Of a stretch of 64,000 bases of DNA, positions 37,879-46,597 are shown in pieces (position 1 is the stretch's first letter; every line of letters starts with the position of its first letter). The notes below the pieces were generated by a model that saw only the letters and a list, made by a program, of their open reading frames with translations, was not told the origin of the DNA and did not search any database. The DNA is from Nanobdellota archaeon (GTDB lineage: Archaea > Nanobdellota > Nanobdellia > Woesearchaeales > CG1-02-33-12): NCBI GenBank assembly GCA_018819345.1, contig JAHJQG010000064.1, positions 33 through 64,032 on the forward strand, given 5' to 3'. Made by a program: the position numbers and the translations under genes.

Positions 37879-39948
37879 ATGAACTCTGAACTTGAAAGCC
37901 TGCTAAAAGATACTGAATCAAAATTCAATGATTTAGACAGAAAAATAAGCAATAATATAAATGATGAGCAGTCAAAAATAGATTCTCTTAAGAAAAAAAT
38001 CAAAAAATCGATTATTGGATTATTAATAATTGTTTCTCTTAGTTACTTTTCTGTTGAAGCCTACAAAGTTAAGAGAAAGCAGGATATCTTATTTGAAAAT
38101 TCTAGATATTACCAGGTAATGGAAGGCGAAACCTTGGAATCAATAGCAGAAAAAATCTGCAATGATAACTATAACATCAATAAAATAATTGCCTTCAACA
38201 AAAGATTTGATGAAGACTTTGATTCCATAGCCGAAAAGGGAGAAACAATACACTTTCCAAAAAAATATGTTAAAAATAGTGGAGAATTGAATAATTTTAG
38301 TTGGGAAAAGGCTGAATTAAATAAAAAAATTCAAAAAAACAAAAATCTTGTGGAAATAACATTCAATGGAAATATCACAAAACAGAGAATAGATAAGATT
38401 TATGAGATAATTGATGATCTTGATTCAAATTCAGAAAAACTTAAAATCCTCAAGCAAGACAATTATTTCAATAATGATGCTATGCTGCTTCTTGATCAAA
38501 TATTTAATCTTAAAGAGAACATAAAAAACAAAATAGATTCTGAAATAGAAAAAACGGACATTGAATTTAAACTAGTAAATAATATTTTTCATAGTGATAA
38601 CTGGGAAAAACCCGGAACCATTGAAAAGCTTGAGAATTTAATATCAAAAAACAATAAGATAAGATATTCATATGATTGCTTCAGGCAGCGTGATAAAATA
38701 ATTGAAACAGAAATAAGTGAACAAAAAATTGAGTCTGCAAAGGAAAAATATGTTAACATATTAGACAACATTATTTATGATATTGGCAAGAATAAGGAAA
38801 ACATTCAAGAGATTGAAAAGAATTTAGTAAATATCTTTAATCTTGGCATAAGGGAAGATGACATAAGCTTACTTAATAAACTAACAAAAAAATCAAATAC
38901 TCTAGCTTCTTATGAATTATGGAAGCAGGAAAAACATATCCAAACTGAAGTAAATAATTATCTAAATAAACTCAATAAATTAAAGAAAAGTATAGATAAA
39001 AAATTCTTTTTTGCAATTGAAAGCATAAGCAACAAAATTAATGAGTTCAAAGAGGAAAAAATTATTGAAACAACATTCAATGAAAACTTAACTAAAGACA
39101 AAGTAAATAATATTTATGATGTTCTTAATGAATTAAGCCAAAGCAAGTCAAAATACAAAATGCTGGAAAATGATTCTTATTTCAGAAAGAATCCTGATAA
39201 TGTGCTTAAGGAAATAGAAAGTTTAGAGAAAAACATAAACATGGGTATAAGCTATGAAATCAAAAAAGCTGATTCATGGCTTTCAAAATTAAAAAGCGAG
39301 CTTTACAATAAGAATTGGGAATCTCCTGGCACTATAGAAGAGCTAGAAAAACTTGATATAGCAAAACAAGAAATAAGGAATGTATATTATTGCTTTGAAA
39401 ATATCGAAAGGCTTGCAGAAGTGGATGATACTGGAAATTATATAAGCAGCAAGAAAGAAGCTTACCTTGCACTTTTGAATAAAGTAGAGGATTATATCAA
39501 CAAAGACAAATATAAGGTTGAGAGCTTACAAAGACAGCTTGACCCCTTACTCAGGCTTGGAATTCAGAACAAAGAGCTGCCATTAATCAGGGAACTCAAG
39601 GAAAAAGCTTCGGAAATAAAATATTACAACGAATGGAAAAATGAAAAAAGACTTGAAGAACAAATTAATGAATACACTGCCAAAATAAATAAATTTAATT
39701 TTGAGGTAAATAATAAGTTTAATTACGCACTTGGTATGATTAGCATAGAGCTCAGCAAATATGAAAAAGAAATTGCATATGGGGAGAAAACAGGAAAGAT
39801 CAAGGGTGCAGATACAAGGCTTAACTACATTGTAGAAAATCCATTGGCAATGATAAAATACAGATATGAATTATTAGGTTATCAAAAAGGCATAGAAAGA
39901 GCAAATAATCTTATAAATAAAATAAATTTTTTTATTGAATATTATTAA
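37879..39948 (+). CDS. membrane-anchored LysM protein with two internal repeats of about 330 aa
   Basis: A TM segment IIGLLIIVSLSYF is followed by the LysM-like YQVMEGETLESIAEKI. Two repeat units each contain NWE(K/S)PGTIE(K/E)LE. Confidence 0.5.
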   Translation: MNSELESLLKDTESKFNDLDRKISNNINDEQSKIDSLKKKIKKSIIGLLIIVSLSYFSVEAYKVKRKQDILFENSRYYQVMEGETLESIAEKICNDNYNINKIIAFNKRFDEDFDSIAEKGETIHFPKKYVKNSGELNNFSWEKAELNKKIQKNKNLVEITFNGNITKQRIDKIYEIIDDLDSNSEKLKILKQDNYFNNDAMLLLDQIFNLKENIKNKIDSEIEKTDIEFKLVNNIFHSDNWEKPGTIEKLENLISKNNKIRYSYDCFRQRDKIIETEISEQKIESAKEKYVNILDNIIYDIGKNKENIQEIEKNLVNIFNLGIREDDISLLNKLTKKSNTLASYELWKQEKHIQTEVNNYLNKLNKLKKSIDKKFFFAIESISNKINEFKEEKIIETTFNENLTKDKVNNIYDVLNELSQSKSKYKMLENDSYFRKNPDNVLKEIESLEKNINMGISYEIKKADSWLSKLKSELYNKNWESPGTIEELEKLDIAKQEIRNVYYCFENIERLAEVDDTGNYISSKKEAYLALLNKVEDYINKDKYKVESLQRQLDPLLRLGIQNKELPLIRELKEKASEIKYYNEWKNEKRLEEQINEYTAKINKFNFEVNNKFNYALGMISIELSKYEKEIAYGEKTGKIKGADTRLNYIVENPLAMIKYRYELLGYQKGIERANNLINKINFFIEYY

Positions 39949-40039
39949 ATAAGGGATTATAACATATGTTACAAGACAACACACACTTTAAATAGCATTA
40001 GTCTCAAATTCAAATATTTTTCTTTTAAAATCGAAAGAA

Positions 40040-40102
40040 TTACGATTATTATGTCAATATTACGGATTTAACGGAAATTCGCGTCTTTTTTCTTGAAAAT
40101 TC
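40040..40102 (+). promoter_or_regulatory. conserved upstream element, copy D (AACGGAAATTCGCGTCTTTTTTCTTGAAAATTC)
   Basis: Same core as copies A-C. It lies about 30 bp upstream of the radical SAM gene. Confidence 0.45.
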
Positions 40103-40133
40103 TTATTAAGAATGTAAGAGTTATATACATAAT

Positions 40134-41522
40134 ATGCATTCACAAAATAAAAAAAAGATTACATTAATTAACACCCCAAAAAAAGTATTTGGAGATACAA
40201 ACACTACAGAATTAGGTATTGATAATTCTTACCCTATAGGACTTTTATTAATTAGCAGCCAATTAAAAAATTATTCTGACAAACTTGGATTAGAAGTTAG
40301 GTTTATTGATGCAAACTTTTATCATAAAAATCCATGGAATATTGCAAATGAAGTACAATCTGACTATATTGGCTTAAATGCAACTTTTCCAAATGTTGAT
40401 ATAGCTAAACTTACTGCAAAATTAATAAAAGAAGCAAACCCTAATTCTAAAATCATATTAGGTGGACCAGCTGCAACCCTTGCACCAGAATACCTCCTCA
40501 ATAATTCTTCGATTGATTATATTGTTATGGGTGAAGGAGAACAAACTATTGTGGAACTAATTAATGCACTAAACTTTTCAAAAGACATTTCAACAATCAA
40601 AGGGATAGCTTATAAATCGCTGGATGAACTAATTATTACTCCTAAGAGAAATCCTATGAATCTTAATGAAACACCACTTATAGATATCTTAGAGATTCCT
40701 GAAGAAATAAGAAAATATTCTAGAGAAATTTATCTTATTACTAGTAGGGGATGTTCTAATTATTGTAATTTTTGTTCAACTCCAACAATTTGGGGAGCAG
40801 GTATAAAAAATTTAAGAGTACAAAGTAATGACCAATTATTTAAAGAGTTAAAGAATTATAAAGACAATGGTTTTGAATTTGATATAGTTCATTTTTTAGA
40901 TGATAGCTTTACCGAAAACTGGGATAGAATTAATAACTTCATAAATCGATGGAATAAATCCTATGGAAAAAAAGGAATATCATGGAGATGCTTATCAAGA
41001 GTCAACGCAATTAATAATAAATATAAAATTAAGAAGATGGTAGAGAGTGGATGTAAATCTGTTTCAGTGGGTGTAGAATCTGCTTCACCCCGGATATTAA
41101 AGGATATTGGAAAGGGGCTTAAAATCAAGGAGGTTGACAATTTTTTGGATATTACCTCTCAATATGGACTCAAAACTAAAGGGTTTATTATGTTAGGATT
41201 TCCAGAGGAAACAGAAGGAGAAGCCATATCAACAATTAATTATATGGTCAATTCAAAATTTGATGAGATTGGAATAAACATTGTGATGGCTTATCCACGC
41301 ACACGCTTATATAATCAGGTCCATAAAAAAGGAGAATTATCAATTCCTAAGTTCAAATCAATAGTTCCAAAGTCATATGACAAAAAAGTTACAAGGTCTC
41401 TAAATAAGTATAGTGCATTACCTACAATATCTTTATCCAAACATCTGGATATTGATAGATTATATTATCTTAAGGAGTTAGGATTCAGATTATTTTATGA
41501 AAAAAGAGAACATATAACTTAA
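40134..41522 (+). CDS. B12-binding-domain radical SAM protein
   Basis: An N-terminal Rossmann-like cobalamin-binding region is followed by CSNYCNFC (CxxxCxxC). Confidence 0.7.
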   Translation: MHSQNKKKITLINTPKKVFGDTNTTELGIDNSYPIGLLLISSQLKNYSDKLGLEVRFIDANFYHKNPWNIANEVQSDYIGLNATFPNVDIAKLTAKLIKEANPNSKIILGGPAATLAPEYLLNNSSIDYIVMGEGEQTIVELINALNFSKDISTIKGIAYKSLDELIITPKRNPMNLNETPLIDILEIPEEIRKYSREIYLITSRGCSNYCNFCSTPTIWGAGIKNLRVQSNDQLFKELKNYKDNGFEFDIVHFLDDSFTENWDRINNFINRWNKSYGKKGISWRCLSRVNAINNKYKIKKMVESGCKSVSVGVESASPRILKDIGKGLKIKEVDNFLDITSQYGLKTKGFIMLGFPEETEGEAISTINYMVNSKFDEIGINIVMAYPRTRLYNQVHKKGELSIPKFKSIVPKSYDKKVTRSLNKYSALPTISLSKHLDIDRLYYLKELGFRLFYEKREHIT

Positions 41523-41560
41523 CGATAATTTATTAAACTCCAAATTTTCACTTTATATTT

Positions 41561-41956
41561 ATGAGAGCATACTTAGCAATAAAATTTCATGAGGACTATA
41601 GAAATAAGAGATTAATAGAAGAAATACTAGATGCCTTAGATAAATCTGGCTTTGAAACAACCACAATTGTAAGGGATTATGAAAAATGGGGAAAGATAAG
41701 ATTCAAGCCGAAAGAACTAATGGATTTAGCTTTTAAGTTAATAAGGGAATCAGATTTTTTAATAATAGAATTCTCAGAAAAAGGAATTGGACTTGGTATA
41801 GAGGCAGGCTATGCATATTCAATGAACATACCAATTATTATACTTGCTAAAAAAGGTTCTGATATATCCGAGACAATGAAGGGCATAGCTAAAGAATTGA
41901 TATTCTATGAGAAACCAGAGGAATTAGAACAGAAATTAAAAGAAATTCAAATTTAA
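41561..41956 (+). CDS. nucleoside 2-deoxyribosyltransferase-like protein
   Basis: A 131-aa flavodoxin-like fold pattern: YLAIKF...GLGIEAGYAYSMNIPIIIL. Confidence 0.4.
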   Translation: MRAYLAIKFHEDYRNKRLIEEILDALDKSGFETTTIVRDYEKWGKIRFKPKELMDLAFKLIRESDFLIIEFSEKGIGLGIEAGYAYSMNIPIIILAKKGSDISETMKGIAKELIFYEKPEELEQKLKEIQI

Positions 41957-41996
41957 TGAGATTTTCATAAAAACCTTTATAAATAACCTGTTTTTT

Positions 41997-42704
41997 ATGT
42001 TTTGTATGGGCAAAAATCCGGAGCATATAGGAATTATTTTAGATGGAAACAGGCGCTTTGCAAAAAGGCTTAATTTAAATCCATGGAAAGGCCATGAGTT
42101 AGGTTTTGAAAAGCTCAAAAAACTGTTTAAATGGTGCAAGGAACTAGAAATTAAAGAGATAACACTTTACTGCTTCTCTATGCAAAACTTTAACAGACCT
42201 AAAAAAGAATTTGATTATCTAATGGATCTTTTTGAAAAGGGATTTAATGAAGTATCAACAAATGAAGATATTCATAAATATAAGATAAGAGTAAATGTGA
42301 TTGGCAGGCATTATTTATTTCCAGAAAAAGTACAAGAAAAAATAAAAAAAGTTATTGACCTAACTAAGGATTACAATGATTATAGGATTAATATTGCTCT
42401 TGCTTATGGCGGTAGGGAAGAGATTATTGATGCTGTGAAAAAAGTTGCTGAAAAAGTTAAGGACAAAGAGCTTGATATAGATGATATTAATGAAAAAACA
42501 TTTGCAAAAAACCTTTATTTAGACAGAGAGCCAGACCTCATAATAAGGACTGGTGGTGAGAAAAGAACAAGCAATTTTCTGCCATGGCAGTCAATATATT
42601 CTGAATGGGTCTTTCTTGAAAAGACTTGGCCAGAGTTTGAAAAAGAGGACCTAATAAAAGTTATTGAGGAATACAAGCAGAGGCAAAGGCGCTTCGGGAA
42701 ATAG
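41997..42704 (+). CDS. uppS: cis-prenyltransferase (undecaprenyl-diphosphate synthase family)
   Basis: ILDGNRRFA, NLxxWxG, a YAGGRxE-like AYGGREE, and RTGGEKRTSNFLPWQS. Confidence 0.85.
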   Translation: MFCMGKNPEHIGIILDGNRRFAKRLNLNPWKGHELGFEKLKKLFKWCKELEIKEITLYCFSMQNFNRPKKEFDYLMDLFEKGFNEVSTNEDIHKYKIRVNVIGRHYLFPEKVQEKIKKVIDLTKDYNDYRINIALAYGGREEIIDAVKKVAEKVKDKELDIDDINEKTFAKNLYLDREPDLIIRTGGEKRTSNFLPWQSIYSEWVFLEKTWPEFEKEDLIKVIEEYKQRQRRFGK

Positions 42705-42705
42705 A

Positions 42706-43512
42706 TTAATATTTCTCAATTTTTTCCTTAACATTATTGATTACCCAATCAGGAGTTGATGCTCCAGCTGTCAATCCAATAAGATTCCTTCCATTAAACC
42801 ACTTATCATCAATCTCATCAGCTTTTTCTATGTGCTTTGTCTCAACTATTTTGCTGCATATTTCCCTTAATCTTTTTGTATTAGCACTGTTATATCCGCC
42901 AACAACAATCATCAGGTCAACTTTTTTGGCAAGCTTAATAGCAGAGTCCTGCCTTTTCTTTGTAGCATCACATATTGTATTAAAAACTTTTAAATCTGGA
43001 ATATTTTTCTTTAATATAGCGGCAATCTCATTAAATTTTTCTAGTGACTGTGTTGTCTGGGATAAAACACTGGCCTTACTAAACCTCAAACTTTTTGTTT
43101 CTTTTGCACTGTTTATCACAAGAGCATCATCAACGTTGCTAACAACCCCTTTGACTTCAGAATGTTCTCTATCGCCAAGTAAAATTATATTATATCCTTT
43201 TTCGTAAAATTCTCTAGCAAGATTCTGAACCCTTTTTACAAGAGGGCATGTTGTGTCTATTATTTTAAGGCCTTTTTTCCTTGCCTTCAAAATGTTTGAT
43301 TTTGATGTTCCATGGGCAGTTATAATCAAGGTTCTATCAGCTTCATCAACTGAATTAACAACCTTAATCCCTTTTTTCTCAAGCAGTTCAACAACCTGCG
43401 GATTATGTATTAATTGCCCCAATGTATAAGCATTTCTTTCCTTTAAAGCCATGTCCAATGCCCTTTTAACACCAAAGCAAAAACCCATGTTTTCTGCACA
43501 AATAACTTTCAT
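42706..43512 (-). CDS. ispH: 4-hydroxy-3-methylbut-2-enyl diphosphate reductase IspH/LytB
   Basis: N-terminal GFCFGVKRA, conserved Cys ligands and SSNTxRL-like NSANTKRL. Confidence 0.8.
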   Translation of the reverse strand: MKVICAENMGFCFGVKRALDMALKERNAYTLGQLIHNPQVVELLEKKGIKVVNSVDEADRTLIITAHGTSKSNILKARKKGLKIIDTTCPLVKRVQNLAREFYEKGYNIILLGDREHSEVKGVVSNVDDALVINSAKETKSLRFSKASVLSQTTQSLEKFNEIAAILKKNIPDLKVFNTICDATKKRQDSAIKLAKKVDLMIVVGGYNSANTKRLREICSKIVETKHIEKADEIDDKWFNGRNLIGLTAGASTPDWVINNVKEKIEKY

Positions 43513-43516
43513 AATT

Positions 43517-44398
43517 TCACCTTGTTTGTGTTATATAAACAAAATCAAGATTTTTCTTAAAGTAAGGATTTTTTGTTAAACTATTATATATGTTTTCTGC
43601 AACAGCTTTCTCTTCGGTTATCCCAAAAACAGTTGGTCCAGAGCCAGACATCAGTGCATTTAATGCACCATTTTGTATCATTTTTTTCTTAATTTCATTA
43701 ATAATTGGATGTTCTTTACAAATAGAATATTCAAAATCATTATGCATATTCTCTGCAATTTTATTAATATCCTCTTCTTTTATTGCATTAAGCATCTCAG
43801 CTGTTTTTAGCTGTTTGCCTGTTTTTTCATAATCAATATTATTATAAGCATCTTCTGTTGAAATATTAAAATTTGGTTTTGCTAAAACAACATAAAACTC
43901 TGGAATTTTTTCTATTTTCTGCAATTCATTACCCATACCTGTTGCATATGCTGTCCCGCCAAATAAGCAAAAAGCAACATCCATGCCAATATTATTGGAT
44001 ATTTCAATTAATTCCTTTTCTGACAAATTTAGATTAAAGAGTTTATTCATACCTTTTAATGTTGCAGCAGCATCTGAACTTCCTCCTCCAAGGCCAGCTA
44101 CAACAGGAATCCTTTTCTCAATAGTTATTTCAACACCTTCTTTTATTCCATAATTCTCAATCAGAATATTTGCTGCTTTGTAAGCAAGGTTTTCATTATC
44201 TGGACAAATATTAATATTGCACTTAAGTTTTATGCCCTTTTCTATTTTCTTTAGTTTAATTATATCATGCAGCTCAAGTTCCTGTATAACAGATTCTATT
44301 TTATGATATCCAGAAGCAAGCCTCTTAATGATATCCAAGGAGAGGTTTATTTTAGAGTATGCTTTTTGGATTAGTTCCATTATATTAACACCTAACAA
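43517..44398 (-). CDS. ispE: 4-diphosphocytidyl-2-C-methyl-D-erythritol kinase IspE (GHMP kinase)
   Basis: GHMP motif PVVAGLGGGSSDAAA. Confidence 0.8.
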   Translation of the reverse strand: MLGVNIMELIQKAYSKINLSLDIIKRLASGYHKIESVIQELELHDIIKLKKIEKGIKLKCNINICPDNENLAYKAANILIENYGIKEGVEITIEKRIPVVAGLGGGSSDAAATLKGMNKLFNLNLSEKELIEISNNIGMDVAFCLFGGTAYATGMGNELQKIEKIPEFYVVLAKPNFNISTEDAYNNIDYEKTGKQLKTAEMLNAIKEEDINKIAENMHNDFEYSICKEHPIINEIKKKMIQNGALNALMSGSGPTVFGITEEKAVAENIYNSLTKNPYFKKNLDFVYITQTR

Positions 44399-44876
44399 CA
44401 GTTGCTATTGCAAATGCTTGTATTCCCATGCCTCTGCCAAAGGCAGTAAGGCCCTCGCCAGAAGTTGCTGTTATACCAATCATGTCCTGTGTTATCATTA
44501 ATATCCTTGCTATGCTCTTTTTCATATCATCAACATATGGCTCAATTCTTGGTTTTTTCGCCTCAATCATCACACCAATATTATTTATCCTATAACCGCT
44601 CTCTTTGACCATCTTCAATGCCAGTTTTAGGTATTCTCTGCTGTCTTTAATTCCTTCTCTGCACATCTTATCAGAATAAACCCCTATTGATCTTTTACCA
44701 ACAGCCTGGCTTAGGGCATTGAAGATAGCATGCAGCACAACATCACCATCAGATTTTGCCTTTAAGCCCTTTTCATTAGGGATTATTACACCACCAAGAA
44801 CAAGCCTTTTTTCACCTTTTCTTATAAATCTATGAGAATCCTGGCCAATACCAACCCTAATCATAATAATCACCAT
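44385..44876 (-). CDS. ispF: 2-C-methyl-D-erythritol 2,4-cyclodiphosphate synthase IspF
   Basis: RVGIGQDSHRF and DGDVVLHA motifs. Confidence 0.85.
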   Translation of the reverse strand: MVIIMIRVGIGQDSHRFIRKGEKRLVLGGVIIPNEKGLKAKSDGDVVLHAIFNALSQAVGKRSIGVYSDKMCREGIKDSREYLKLALKMVKESGYRINNIGVMIEAKKPRIEPYVDDMKKSIARILMITQDMIGITATSGEGLTAFGRGMGIQAFAIATVVRC

Positions 44877-45555
44877 TATTTTTTTTAAATATATGCTTTG
44901 CTATTACCAAATCATCTGGTGTTGTTATCTTTAAATTTTCATAATGTCCCCTGCATATCCTAATTTTATAACCTAATCTTTCAACTAATGAAGAATCATC
45001 TTTTCCAAAAAAACCATCTCTTTTTGCTGTTTCATGCGCCTTTTTAATAATATCTGCCTTGAATGTTTGCGGGGTTTGGGCAATCCATAATGCATCTCTG
45101 TCAAGGGTGTTTTGAACAAAACAATTATCAACCTTTTTTACAGTTTCCTTTAGAGGCACTGCAACAACAGAGGCTCCATAATTTATGGCATCCCTGATTG
45201 AGTTTGTTATAGAATCTTCTGTTACAAGCGGCCTTGCCCCATCATGGATAAGAATAATATCAGAATCTGCTTCCATAACACCGTTGTATGATGACTGCTG
45301 CCTTGTTTCGCCCCCAACAATTATTTTCCTGAGTTTTTTAAAGATATTTTTTTCAATAATCTTGTTGCAAGCTTCTAAATCCCTTTTGTTTACAACAACT
45401 ATTATCTCATTGATTAGCTTGTGGTTTTCAAATGCCCCTATTGTATGTATTAAAATTGGTTTTCGCAGCTCTAAAAAGAGTTTATTTTTATCAGCCATCA
45501 TTCTTTTTGCTTTTCCTGCTGCTAGTATTATTGCTGTTGTTTTCATACAATCCAC
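44857..45555 (-). CDS. ispD: 2-C-methyl-D-erythritol 4-phosphate cytidylyltransferase IspD
   Basis: AIILAAGKAKRM P-loop-like motif and a typical length. Confidence 0.8.
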   Translation of the reverse strand: MDCMKTTAIILAAGKAKRMMADKNKLFLELRKPILIHTIGAFENHKLINEIIVVVNKRDLEACNKIIEKNIFKKLRKIIVGGETRQQSSYNGVMEADSDIILIHDGARPLVTEDSITNSIRDAINYGASVVAVPLKETVKKVDNCFVQNTLDRDALWIAQTPQTFKADIIKKAHETAKRDGFFGKDDSSLVERLGYKIRICRGHYENLKITTPDDLVIAKHIFKKNNGDYYD

Positions 45556-46596
45556 CTATAGTTTATTTATTTCATCTAATAATGCTTTAAGAATCTTATC
45601 TTTCTTTACCTTCTTAACAACATTTCCCTTTCTGAAGATTATTCCAAAGTTTTTTGCACCAGCAACACCAACATCTGCCTCTCTTGCTTCTCCTGGCCCA
45701 TTGACAGCACAACCCATAACAGCTATCTTAATTGGTTTTCTTATGTGTGCTGTTGCCTTTTCAACACTTTTTGTTAATCCAATTAAATCTATTTCTGTTC
45801 TGCCGCAGCTAGGGCATGAAATTATTGTTCTCTGCTTTCTTAAGCCAAGGCTGTTTAGTATTTCAAAGCCTGCTTTTACTTCCTCTAATGGATTTGATGT
45901 CAGTGAAACCCTTATTGTGTCACCAATGCCATCTAATAATAATGATCCAATCCCTATTGATGATTTTATTGTTCCGCTATAAGCAGTTCCTGCCTCTGTA
46001 ATTCCAATATGAAAAGGATAATCAACTTTACTGGCCATCATCCTGTAAGCATCAACAGTTCTTTTAATGTCAGAGGCTTTCATTGAAATAATTGTGTTGT
46101 AGAAGTCAAGCTCTTCAAGGATTTTTATATGTTTTAGAGCAGAATTAACCATTGCTTTTGAGGTTAGGCCAAATTTTTCAATAATCTCTTTCTCTAAAGA
46201 GCCAAGGTTTACGCCAATCCTTATTGGGATATGATAATCCTTTGCTTGCTCTACAACCAATTTAACTTTATCATTAGAACCAATATTCCCGGGATTTATC
46301 CTTAGCTTGTCAGCATATTTTGCTGATTCCAATGCAAGCCTGTAATCAAAGTGTATGTCTGCAACCAATGGTATGCTTATATTCTCCTTTATTTTCTTCA
46401 ATGATTTTGCTTCATTCATATCTGTAACAGAAACCCTTATTATCTCGCATCCAGCTTCTTCTAGCTCATGAATCTGCCTTACTGTTGCATCTATATCTCT
46501 TGTGTGTGTAGTACACATTGACTGGACAGTAATTGGAGCATTGCCGCCAATCTTTAGTTTTCCTACCTTTACACCTCTTGTTTTTCTTCTCTTCAT
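45556..46596 (-). CDS. ispG: HMBPP synthase IspG/GcpE
   Basis: GcpE TIM-barrel motifs IGGNAPITVQSM and the C-terminal CPSCGR Fe-S motif. Confidence 0.85.
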   Translation of the reverse strand: MKRRKTRGVKVGKLKIGGNAPITVQSMCTTHTRDIDATVRQIHELEEAGCEIIRVSVTDMNEAKSLKKIKENISIPLVADIHFDYRLALESAKYADKLRINPGNIGSNDKVKLVVEQAKDYHIPIRIGVNLGSLEKEIIEKFGLTSKAMVNSALKHIKILEELDFYNTIISMKASDIKRTVDAYRMMASKVDYPFHIGITEAGTAYSGTIKSSIGIGSLLLDGIGDTIRVSLTSNPLEEVKAGFEILNSLGLRKQRTIISCPSCGRTEIDLIGLTKSVEKATAHIRKPIKIAVMGCAVNGPGEAREADVGVAGAKNFGIIFRKGNVVKKVKKDKILKALLDEINKL

Positions 46597-46597
46597 T

